Part shown: piece after piece, positions 29,433-37,994 of the stretch
How the letters are laid out: each line of letters opens with the position of its first letter
How positions within the stretch are numbered: position 1 is the stretch's first letter
From: Chloroflexota bacterium
GTDB lineage: Bacteria; Chloroflexota; Limnocylindria; Limnocylindrales; CSP1-4
DNA length: 64,000 bases
Reading direction: 5' to 3'
Assembly: GCA_040755495.1 (NCBI GenBank)
Contig: JBFMAT010000013.1
Location: forward strand, 7,968-71,967
Position numbers and translations under genes: made by a program
The notes under the pieces: generated by a model
Told to the model about the DNA's origin: nothing
The model's input: only the letters and a program-made list of their open reading frames with translations
The model's database searches: none

Positions 29433-30772
29433 TGGCCACCTTCCTCGCCACCCCGCGCCAGTGGCCCCGGGTGCTGACCGGGCGCGTTGACGCGCTCGCG
29501 GCCAACCCCGCGGACCTGGACGCCGCCGTGCGCGCCGGCGCCTTCGAGGGCCTGCGCAAGGCGGTTCGCGACCTGGGCGCCACCGGCACGATCGCGACGC
29601 TCGCGGCCTCCGGCCTCCGCGGCCGGGGCGGTGCCGGCATGCCCACCGGCCAGAAGTGGCGCGCCGCGTCCGCCCAGCCGGCAGACCAGCGCTACGTGGT
29701 GGGCAACGGCTACGGCGCCGACCCGGCGGTCCACACGGACCACGCGTTGCTGTCCTCGGACCCGTACGCCGTGATCGAGGGCCTTGTCATCGCCGCCTTC
29801 GCGACCGGCGCCACGCGGGCGATCCTTGCGGTCCGCGCGGACGATCCCGCGCTGGTCACGATGCTCGAGGGCGCCGTCCTCGCGGCCGAGGAGGCGGGCT
29901 TCGCCGGCGAGGACGTGCTGGGCACGGGCCACGCGGTGGAGGTCACCGTGCGGCCGGTCCAGGGCGCCTACATGCTGGGCGAGGAGACCGTGCTGCTCAA
30001 GGCCCTCGAGGGCCGGCGCGGCCAGCCCGAGCAGGTGCCGCCTTACCCCACCGAGCGCGGCCTGTTCGACCGGCCCACCGTCGTCAACAGCATCCACACG
30101 CTGGCCGCCGTCCCCTGGATCTGCCGCGAGGGCGGGGCGGCGTACGCGGCGATCGGCGCCAAGGGGAGCCCGGGGACGGCCCTCGTCCAGCTGCGCGGCC
30201 CGGCCGGCGGTGGCATCGCGGAGGTCCCGCTGGGCACGCCGCTGCGCGACCTCGTCAAGCTCGCGGGCGGCACCGGCCCGCGCCCGCTCAAGGCGCTGCT
30301 CGTGGGCGGCCCGACCGGCGGCCTGCTCCCCGCGGAGCTCCTGGACACGCCCTACGAGTTCGACGCGCTGCGCGCGGCCGGCGCACACCTCGGCTCCGGG
30401 TCCGTGGTGATCGCGGACGACCGGACCTGCGTGGTGGACCTGGCGCGTCTGCTGACCCGCTTCTCGGCCGACAACGCGTGCGGCAAGTCCATCCCCTGCC
30501 GGATCGGGCTGCGCCGGCTGTCCGAGATCGGCGACCGGATCGCCGGCGGGCGCCCGAAGCCCACCGACGCCACTCTCCTCGGCGACCTCGCCCACGACAT
30601 CGTGGCCAGCGGCCTGTGCGACCACGAGCGCCTGGCCACCCTGCCGTTCACCAGCGGGATGCGATACTTCCGCTCCGAGATCGACGACCACATCCTCCGC
30701 TCCACCTGCCCCGCCGGCGTCTGCCAGCCGATCGCGGTGGCGGCGGGCGCGGCCCACCGGGACCACGCTTGA
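29432..30772 (+). CDS. Degenerate NuoF/HydB-like subunit
   Basis: SGLRGRGGAG.PTG.KW, GEET, GGPTGG, C-terminal CPAGVC; several flavin/NAD-site and N3 residues are altered. Confidence 0.85.
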   Translation: MATFLATPRQWPRVLTGRVDALAANPADLDAAVRAGAFEGLRKAVRDLGATGTIATLAASGLRGRGGAGMPTGQKWRAASAQPADQRYVVGNGYGADPAVHTDHALLSSDPYAVIEGLVIAAFATGATRAILAVRADDPALVTMLEGAVLAAEEAGFAGEDVLGTGHAVEVTVRPVQGAYMLGEETVLLKALEGRRGQPEQVPPYPTERGLFDRPTVVNSIHTLAAVPWICREGGAAYAAIGAKGSPGTALVQLRGPAGGGIAEVPLGTPLRDLVKLAGGTGPRPLKALLVGGPTGGLLPAELLDTPYEFDALRAAGAHLGSGSVVIADDRTCVVDLARLLTRFSADNACGKSIPCRIGLRRLSEIGDRIAGGRPKPTDATLLGDLAHDIVASGLCDHERLATLPFTSGMRYFRSEIDDHILRSTCPAGVCQPIAVAAGAAHRDHA

Positions 30773-33432
30773 TGGCCGACCTGATCACGCGCCCCGACCC
30801 CACGCTCGAGCGACCGCGCGAGGTCCGCCCGGACGCCCCGATGGTGTACGACACCGTCACGCCCCGGGAGGACTCGCTCGCCGAGCGGCTGATCACCACC
30901 CAGTCCCCGCAGCGGCCGCAGAGCACGCCGCGGATCCGGATCGAGGTGGACGGCCGGGTCGTCGAAGGGTTCGAGGGCCAGACGATCCTCGAGGTCTGCC
31001 GGGACAACGGGATCGAGATCCCCACCCTGTGCTACGAGCCCAAGCTGCCGGGCTTCGGCGCCTGCCGGATGTGCGTGGTCGAGGTCGAGGGCGAGGAGAC
31101 GCCGCCGATCTCCTGCTCGCGCGCGGCCGAGGCCGGGATGGTCGTCCAGACCCAGACCGAGGAGCTGCGCCGCCTCCGCCGGACGAACCTGGAGCTGATC
31201 TTCTCCGACCACAACGCCTACTGCCTGCCGCCGTGCCAGAACAAGTGCCCCAGCCACATCGACATCCCGGGCTTCCTGCGGGCCAACGCCGAGGCGAGCT
31301 GGCGGGAGAGCGCGCGGATCTTCAAGCGCACGATCCCGTTCCCGTCCATCCTCGGCCGGGTGTGCCCCGCCCCGTGCGAGGAGCACTGCCGGCGCGACGA
31401 GGTGGACGAGGCGATCGCGATCCGCGACAGCCACCGCTACGCCGGCGACCAGGTGCTGCGGGCGATGCTGGACGAGGGCGTGGACCCGCCGCTGCCGTTC
31501 GAGCGCCAGGCACCGACCGGCCGCCGCGCGGCGGTGATCGGCTCCGGGCCCGCCGGCATGGCCGCCGCCTACTACCTGCTGCTCAACGGCCACGAGGTGA
31601 CCGTGTTCGAGCGCGACCCCGCCCCGGGCGGCATGCTCCGATACGGCATCCCGCAGTACCGGCTGCCGAAGGTCGAGGTCCTCGAGGCCGAGTACGAGGC
31701 CGTCTGGCGCCTGGGCGCGAAGCTCCAGTGCAACATGGAGCTGGGCAAGGACTTCACGCTCGACGACCTGCAGAACCAGGGCTTCGACGCGGTGGTCGTG
31801 GCCATCGGCTGCTACGACACCAACAAGCTGGGCATCCCCAACGAGGACGCGGACGGCGTCATCGACGGCCTCGAGTACCTGCGCACGGCCACCCTGGGCC
31901 TGCCGTACCCGGGCCACGAGGGGACCCGGGCGGTCGTGATCGGCGGCGGGTTCACGGCCATGGACTGCGTCCGGACCTCGGTCCGCCAGGGTGCCGGCGA
32001 GGTCACGCTGGTCTACCGCCGCGACATGAAGGACATGCCGGCGGCGAGCGAGGTGCACGAGGCGATCGAGGAGGGCGTCACCACGATCTTCCAGGCCGGC
32101 CCGACCCGCGTGATCACGGATGAGCGCACCGGCAAGGTCACCGGCGTCGAGTTCATCCGGATGCAGCTCGGCGAGCCGGACGCGTCCGGCCGGCGCCGCC
32201 CGGAGCCCGCCCCCGGCACCGAGTTCACGATCGACTGCGACCGCGTGCTGCTGGCGATCGGCCAGGGTCCCGACCTGCGCTGGATCGGCCCGGGCTCCGA
32301 GGGCCCACTGGCCACCAGGCAGCGCCGCCTGGGCGCCGACGCCGTGACGTTCGAGACGGCCCGTCCCGGCGTGTTCGGCACCGGCGACGTCCGGATCGGC
32401 GCCGCGACCGTCGTCCAGGCCATCGCGGAGGGCCGGCGGGCCGCATACGCGGTGGACGCCTACCTGCGGGGCCAGGACCTGGCCGCGATCCGGACCCGGC
32501 AGACGCTGGCGGAGCCGCAGCCCGAGTTCCTCTCGATCGTCCCGTTCACCGGCGAGGTCAAGGAGCCGCGCTACCGGCTCAAGGCGCTGGAGGCCGAGGC
32601 CCGCAACCGCAGCTACATCGAGTACGAGATCCCGTACACCGGGGAGGAGGCCGTGGCGGAGTCCACCCGCTGCCTGCAGTGCACCTGCGAGGCGATCGGG
32701 TTCTGCGACCTGCGCCGGCTGGGCATCGAGTACGGCACCACGCTGCGCACCCTGGAGCCCGCCTTCCACCAGGGCGCCGGCTACCGGAGCGTGACCGAGA
32801 ACCGGTTCACCGGCATCAACCACGACTACCTCCGCGATGACAGCCACGCGTTCATCCTGCGCGAGCCGTCCCGGTGCATCGACTGCGGCCGGTGCGCGAA
32901 CGTGTGCGCCGAGGTGGTGGGCGCCGCCTGCTACGACTTCATGCGGATCGGCTTCGACACGCTGGTGACGACGCCGCTGGACATGAGCCTCAACGACACG
33001 CCCTGCGTGTCCTGCGGGCGGTGCGCGGAGACCTGCCCCACCGGCGCGCTGATGCCCAAGCCCAGGATCCTCCAGAAGTACGAGGTCGACGAGAGCCGCT
33101 GCATCCTGTGCGGCATCTGCGTCGACGCCTGTCCATACGACGCCGTCCGCGACAGCGACCAGTTCGAGCTCAGCCACACGTCCCGCGAGGAGCCGATGAT
33201 CGACCTCCTCGCGCTGGCCTCGATCGAGCGCGAGACGGAGATGAGCTACATCCGCAAGGAGCGGGACTGGGCGGATCGCGCCCGGGCCGAGGGCAGGCTC
33301 CTCGACCCGGCGCGGAACCTCCCGGTGCTCCCCGCCTCGCTCGTGAGCGGCCATGGGAACGGCTCGGGGAACGGGCACCCAGCGCGCCAACTGGGGTCCG
33401 GGACCGGGTCGGGACACGCCCAGGACCACTGA
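30772..33432 (+). CDS. NuoG N-terminal Fe-S domains + GltD-like FAD/NAD(P)H domain + NuoI C-terminal half (886 aa)
   Basis: 2Fe-2S IPTLC..GACRMC..SC; PPCQNKCP, GRVCPAPCE, GSGPAG, GGGFTAMD, VYRR; CIDCGRCANVC and CVSCGRCAETCP; terminal YEVDESRCILCGICVDACPYDAV..FEL. Confidence 0.9.
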   Translation: MADLITRPDPTLERPREVRPDAPMVYDTVTPREDSLAERLITTQSPQRPQSTPRIRIEVDGRVVEGFEGQTILEVCRDNGIEIPTLCYEPKLPGFGACRMCVVEVEGEETPPISCSRAAEAGMVVQTQTEELRRLRRTNLELIFSDHNAYCLPPCQNKCPSHIDIPGFLRANAEASWRESARIFKRTIPFPSILGRVCPAPCEEHCRRDEVDEAIAIRDSHRYAGDQVLRAMLDEGVDPPLPFERQAPTGRRAAVIGSGPAGMAAAYYLLLNGHEVTVFERDPAPGGMLRYGIPQYRLPKVEVLEAEYEAVWRLGAKLQCNMELGKDFTLDDLQNQGFDAVVVAIGCYDTNKLGIPNEDADGVIDGLEYLRTATLGLPYPGHEGTRAVVIGGGFTAMDCVRTSVRQGAGEVTLVYRRDMKDMPAASEVHEAIEEGVTTIFQAGPTRVITDERTGKVTGVEFIRMQLGEPDASGRRRPEPAPGTEFTIDCDRVLLAIGQGPDLRWIGPGSEGPLATRQRRLGADAVTFETARPGVFGTGDVRIGAATVVQAIAEGRRAAYAVDAYLRGQDLAAIRTRQTLAEPQPEFLSIVPFTGEVKEPRYRLKALEAEARNRSYIEYEIPYTGEEAVAESTRCLQCTCEAIGFCDLRRLGIEYGTTLRTLEPAFHQGAGYRSVTENRFTGINHDYLRDDSHAFILREPSRCIDCGRCANVCAEVVGAACYDFMRIGFDTLVTTPLDMSLNDTPCVSCGRCAETCPTGALMPKPRILQKYEVDESRCILCGICVDACPYDAVRDSDQFELSHTSREEPMIDLLALASIERETEMSYIRKERDWADRARAEGRLLDPARNLPVLPASLVSGHGNGSGNGHPARQLGSGTGSGHAQDH

Positions 33433-33441
33433 GAGGGACGT

Positions 33442-34005
33442 GTGACGCTGCCTGAGACGATCCCGCTGCTCGGGATCGGGTGGGACGACCTGCTGTTCCT
33501 GGCGCTGACCGGGGTGATGCTCGGCTCCGCCCTGCTCGTGGTCACGATGCGCGACATCATCCGGTGCGGCCTGGCGATGATCGTCAGCTTCGGCGCCCTC
33601 GCCGGGCTGTACGTCCTCGCCGGGGCGCCGTTCGTCGCCGGCGCCCAGGTCCTGGTGTACATCGGCGCGATCAGCGTCCTGATCCTGTTCGCGATCATGC
33701 TCACCCAGACCAAGGATGCGCCCGGCGCCCTCGTGTTCCAGACCCAGGCGATCCCGGCCGCGATCGCCGCGCTGGTCATGGCGCTGATCCTGGCGATCAC
33801 GGTCGTGGCCACGGACTGGAGCGCCGTCGCGGACCGCATGTGGACGTTCACCGGCAAGGCGCCGGCCGGCCGGGACGAGCTCGGCGTCGCCGAATCGCTG
33901 TTCCAGGACTACGTGCTGCCGTTCGAGGTCGTGTCCGTGCTGCTGCTGGCCGCGGTGGTCGGCGGCGTGTTCATCGCCAAGCGCGAGCGGCGGGGGGACG
34001 CCTGA
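33442..34005 (+). CDS. nuoJ: NADH-quinone oxidoreductase subunit J
   Basis: QVLVYIGAISVLILFAIML, YVLPFEVVSVLLLAA. Confidence 0.94.
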   Translation: MTLPETIPLLGIGWDDLLFLALTGVMLGSALLVVTMRDIIRCGLAMIVSFGALAGLYVLAGAPFVAGAQVLVYIGAISVLILFAIMLTQTKDAPGALVFQTQAIPAAIAALVMALILAITVVATDWSAVADRMWTFTGKAPAGRDELGVAESLFQDYVLPFEVVSVLLLAAVVGGVFIAKRERRGDA

Positions 34006-34337
34006 TGCTCGCCTTCCTGGACGGGATCTCGCGGTCGCTGGACGCCTACCTCGTCATCGCGGGGATCATGTTCGCCGTCGGCTCGTTCGGCTTCCTGGCC
34101 CGCCGCAACGCGATCAGCATGCTGATGTCGATCGAGCTCATGCTCAACGCCGTCAACCTCGCGATCATCGGGTTCGGGGCGTTCATCCCCGCGCTCCACC
34201 CCGACGCGTCGGTGATCGCGCTGATCGTGATGGCCGCCGCCGCCGCCGAGGCGACGATCGGCCTCGCGATCGTGATCGCCATCTTCCGCAACCGGAAGAC
34301 GCCGCTCGTCGACGAGTACGACGCGATGCGGCAGTAG
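34005..34337 (+). CDS. nuoK: NADH-quinone oxidoreductase subunit K
   Basis: RRNAISMLMSIELMLNAVN, AAAEATIGLAI. Confidence 0.95.
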   Translation: MLAFLDGISRSLDAYLVIAGIMFAVGSFGFLARRNAISMLMSIELMLNAVNLAIIGFGAFIPALHPDASVIALIVMAAAAAEATIGLAIVIAIFRNRKTPLVDEYDAMRQ

Positions 34338-34349
34338 GGCGGGCGGACG

Positions 34350-36437
34350 ATGCATCTCCTGCCGATCACGCTCCTCGCCGCCGCGGAGGGCTCGGAGGCC
34401 GTCGCCGCGGATCCCGGCATCTACGCGACGCTGATCCCGCTGATCATCGCGCTGCCGCTGGCGGGCTTCGTGTTCACGACCTTCTTCGGGCGGCGGCTGC
34501 AGGCCTCGTTCGGGAGGAACGTGGCCGCCGCGGTCCCGCTGGGCGTGGTAATCGCGTCGTGGGTCGTGGCGATGGTCGTGGTCTCGGCGGTGCTCCAGCA
34601 CCAGGGACCGTTCCCGGAGCACGGCCCCGGCCTGGACCTCACGCTGTGGACCTGGATCCCGGCCGGCGTCGACCCGGCCACCGGGCGCGAGCTCACCGTC
34701 GACTTCGGGTTCCACGTGGACGCCCTCACCGCGGTGCTCCTGATCGTGGTCACGACGATCGGCCTGCTCGTCCACCTGTACTCGGTCGGGTACATGGCCC
34801 ACGACCCGGGCACCTGGCGGTTCTTCGCCTACCTCAACCTGTTCATGGTCTCGATGCTCCTGCTCGTGCTGGCCGGCAACTGGCTGCTGGTGTTCGCGGG
34901 CTGGGAGCTGGTCGGCCTGTCGTCCTACTCGCTGATCGGGTTCTGGTACCAGAAACGGTCGGCGGCGCTGGCCGCCAAGAAGGCGTTCATCGTCAACCGC
35001 GTGGGCGACGTGGGGTTCGCGCTCGGGATCATGGCCATCTGGGTCAACACCGGGACGCTGGACATCCAGGCCTCACTGGCCAGGCTGATCGAGACGCCGG
35101 CCGCGGAGCTCACGGTCCCGCTGTGGATCGTCGCGCTGCTGGTGTTCGCGGGCGCGATGGGCAAGAGTGCCCAGTTCCCGCTCCACGTCTGGCTGCCGGA
35201 CGCGATGGAGGGCCCCACCCCGGTGTCCGCCCTGATCCACGCGGCCACGATGGTCAACGCGGGCGTCTACCTCGTCGCCCGGGCCAACCCGCTGTTCGCG
35301 CACGCGCAGGACGCGATGGTCGTGGTGGCGGCGATCGGCATCTTCACCGCCATCCTGGCCGCCTCGATCGCCTTCACCCAGACCGACATCAAGCGCGTGC
35401 TCGCCTACTCCACGCTGTCGCAGCTGGGCTACATGTTCGCCGCCCTGGGCGTGGGCGCCTTCATCGCGGCGATCTTCCACCTCATGACCCACGGCTTCTT
35501 CAAGGGCCTGCTGTTCCTCGGGTCCGGCTCGGTGATCCACGCCGTCCACGAGGAGCAGGACATGAACCGGATGGGCGCGCTGTGGCGGAAGATCCCGATC
35601 ACCCACTGGACGATGCTGGTGGGCACGATCGCGATCGCCGGCATCCCGCCCCTGGCGGGCTTCTTCTCCAAGGACGAGATCCTGGGCGAGGCATTCAAGT
35701 TCGGGTTCACCTGGGTGTGGGCGATCGGCCTCCTGGTCGCCGCGATGACGGCGTTCTACATGTGGCGCCTGATGGGCAAGACGTTCTACGGCGAGTCGCG
35801 CGTGGACCCGCACGTGGAGCCGAAGGTCCACGAGTCCGCCTGGACGATGACGGTGCCCCTGGTCCTGCTGGCGATCCCGTCGGCGCTGCTGGGCCTCGCG
35901 CTCACGTGGGGGGGCCCGCCGCTCAACCCCGAGGGGACCGGGCTGCTCAAGGGCTGGCTGGAGCCGGTGTTCGAGGAGGCGGAGCTGTACCTCCACGGCG
36001 AGGCGCACGCCTACGAGCTGTTCGGCATCGACGGCATCCTGATCCTGGCCAGCGTGGCCGTGGCGACCCTCGGCCTCGTCGCCGGCATCGCGCTGTTCGG
36101 GTTCTTCCGGGCGCGCGGCCTGCGGGCCACCGCCGACCGGATCGCCGGCGGCACCCGGGTCACCCGGTTCCTGTACCGGGCCTCGCTCAACAAGTGGTGG
36201 TTCGACGAGCTCAACGACCTGCTGTTCATCCGCATCGGCGGGCGCGTCGCGGCCTTCCTGTGGTGGTTCGACCGGACGATCGTGGACGGCACCGTCAACG
36301 GCGTCGGCGCCCTCACCCGGGACGCGGGCGGCGGGCTGCGCCGGATCCAGACGGGCCGGGTCCAGAACTACGCGCTGGGCATCGCGATCGGGCTGATCGT
36401 CATGGCCGGCTCCTTCCTCGTGATCGTGAGCCGCTGA
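34350..36437 (+). CDS. nuoL: NADH-quinone oxidoreductase subunit L
   Basis: GWELVGL, KAFIVNRVGD, GKSAQFPLHVWLPDAMEGPTPVSALIHAATMV, IQTGRVQNY. Confidence 0.96.
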   Translation: MHLLPITLLAAAEGSEAVAADPGIYATLIPLIIALPLAGFVFTTFFGRRLQASFGRNVAAAVPLGVVIASWVVAMVVVSAVLQHQGPFPEHGPGLDLTLWTWIPAGVDPATGRELTVDFGFHVDALTAVLLIVVTTIGLLVHLYSVGYMAHDPGTWRFFAYLNLFMVSMLLLVLAGNWLLVFAGWELVGLSSYSLIGFWYQKRSAALAAKKAFIVNRVGDVGFALGIMAIWVNTGTLDIQASLARLIETPAAELTVPLWIVALLVFAGAMGKSAQFPLHVWLPDAMEGPTPVSALIHAATMVNAGVYLVARANPLFAHAQDAMVVVAAIGIFTAILAASIAFTQTDIKRVLAYSTLSQLGYMFAALGVGAFIAAIFHLMTHGFFKGLLFLGSGSVIHAVHEEQDMNRMGALWRKIPITHWTMLVGTIAIAGIPPLAGFFSKDEILGEAFKFGFTWVWAIGLLVAAMTAFYMWRLMGKTFYGESRVDPHVEPKVHESAWTMTVPLVLLAIPSALLGLALTWGGPPLNPEGTGLLKGWLEPVFEEAELYLHGEAHAYELFGIDGILILASVAVATLGLVAGIALFGFFRARGLRATADRIAGGTRVTRFLYRASLNKWWFDELNDLLFIRIGGRVAAFLWWFDRTIVDGTVNGVGALTRDAGGGLRRIQTGRVQNYALGIAIGLIVMAGSFLVIVSR

Positions 36438-37984
36438 TGAACGTCGACCAGATCCCGATCGTGTCGCTGATCGTGTTCCTGCCCCTGCTGGGCGCGCTGG
36501 TCGTGGCGTTCCTGCCCGGCAGGCGCACGGACCTCATCCGCTGGACGGCGCTGGGCTTCGCGCTCGCGGCGTGGGTCGTGTCGCTGATCCTGCTGGTGGG
36601 CTTCCCGCCCGGCCGGCCGGGGTTCGAGTACACCCAGGCGATCGACTGGATCCCGCTGTTCGGCATCCAGTACAAGGTCGGGGTGGACGGGCTGTCGATG
36701 GCGATGGTCGTGCTGACCACGACGCTGACCTGGATCAGCATCCTCGCCTCGTTCCGGCCGATCCAGAACCGGGTCAAGGAGTACATGGTCTCGTTCCTCG
36801 TGCTCGAGGTCGGGATGATCGGGGTGTTCGTGGCCCTGGACCTGTTCCTGTTCTACGTGTTCTGGGAGCTGGTCCTCGTCCCGATGTACCTGATCATCGG
36901 CGTGTGGGGCGGCGCGAACCGCATCTACGCCACGATCAAGTTCGTCCTGTACACGCTGGTCGGCTCACTGCTGATGCTGGTCGCGATCCTGGCCACCGCG
37001 TTCACGTACCAGGCGGCGACCGGCTCGTGGGCGGGCGCCTTCGACCTCGAGGTCCTGAGCGCGCACGCGGCGACCGGCGCCTTCGATCCCACGTTCCAGT
37101 TCCTCGCCTTCGGCGCGTTCTTCCTCGCGTTCGCGATCAAGGTTCCGATGTTCCCGTTCCACACCTGGCTCCCCGACGCCCACGTCGAGGCCCCCACCGC
37201 CGGCTCGGTGATCCTGGCCGGCGTCCTGCTCAAGCTGGGCGGCTACGGGTTCATCCGGTTCGCGCTGCCGCTGTTCCCGGACGCGGCGCACACGTGGGCG
37301 CCCGCGATCATCGTGCTGTCGCTGATCGCGATCATCTACGGCGCGGTCGTGGCGCTCGTCCAGCCGGACCTCAAGAAGCTGGTCGCGTACTCCTCGGTCA
37401 GCCACATGGGCTTCGTGACCCTGGGCATCTTCGTGTTCCAGCCCCAGGCCCTCCAGGGCGCCATCCTGCAGATGGTCAACCACGGCCTGATCACCGGCGC
37501 CCTGTTCCTGCTGGTGGGGGTGATCTACGAGCGGACCCACGACCGGACGATCGCCAAGATGGGCGGGCTGGGGGCGAAGGTCCCGGTCTACGCCGCGTTC
37601 TTCGGGTTCTTCGTGTTCGCGTCGGTCGGCCTGCCGGGCCTGTCCGGGTTCGTGGGCGAGTTCCTCACGCTGATCGGCACGTTCGCCGTCCAGCCGTGGG
37701 CGGCCGTGGTGGCGACGTTCGTGATGATCCTCGCCGCCGGGTACCTGCTGTGGATGTTCCAGCGGGTGGCGTTCGGCGAGGTGTCGGACTTCCTCAAGGG
37801 CCTCGGCGGGCACCTGACCGACATGCGCCCCGTGGAGGTGTTCACGCTGGTGCCGCTGGGCGCGCTGGTCGTCGTGTTCGGCCTGTTCCCCGGCCTGATC
37901 CTCAACCTCGTGGGCGGGTCCGTCACCCACACCCTGGACGCGGTCCTGCGGGGCGCGCCCGTCGCCCTCGGGCTGTGGCGGTAG
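36437..37984 (+). CDS. nuoM: NADH-quinone oxidoreductase subunit M
   Basis: FYVFWE, AIKVPMFPFHTWLPDAHVEAPT, KKLVAYSSVSHMG. Confidence 0.96.
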   Translation: MNVDQIPIVSLIVFLPLLGALVVAFLPGRRTDLIRWTALGFALAAWVVSLILLVGFPPGRPGFEYTQAIDWIPLFGIQYKVGVDGLSMAMVVLTTTLTWISILASFRPIQNRVKEYMVSFLVLEVGMIGVFVALDLFLFYVFWELVLVPMYLIIGVWGGANRIYATIKFVLYTLVGSLLMLVAILATAFTYQAATGSWAGAFDLEVLSAHAATGAFDPTFQFLAFGAFFLAFAIKVPMFPFHTWLPDAHVEAPTAGSVILAGVLLKLGGYGFIRFALPLFPDAAHTWAPAIIVLSLIAIIYGAVVALVQPDLKKLVAYSSVSHMGFVTLGIFVFQPQALQGAILQMVNHGLITGALFLLVGVIYERTHDRTIAKMGGLGAKVPVYAAFFGFFVFASVGLPGLSGFVGEFLTLIGTFAVQPWAAVVATFVMILAAGYLLWMFQRVAFGEVSDFLKGLGGHLTDMRPVEVFTLVPLGALVVVFGLFPGLILNLVGGSVTHTLDAVLRGAPVALGLWR

Positions 37985-37994
37985 GAGGCTGAGC

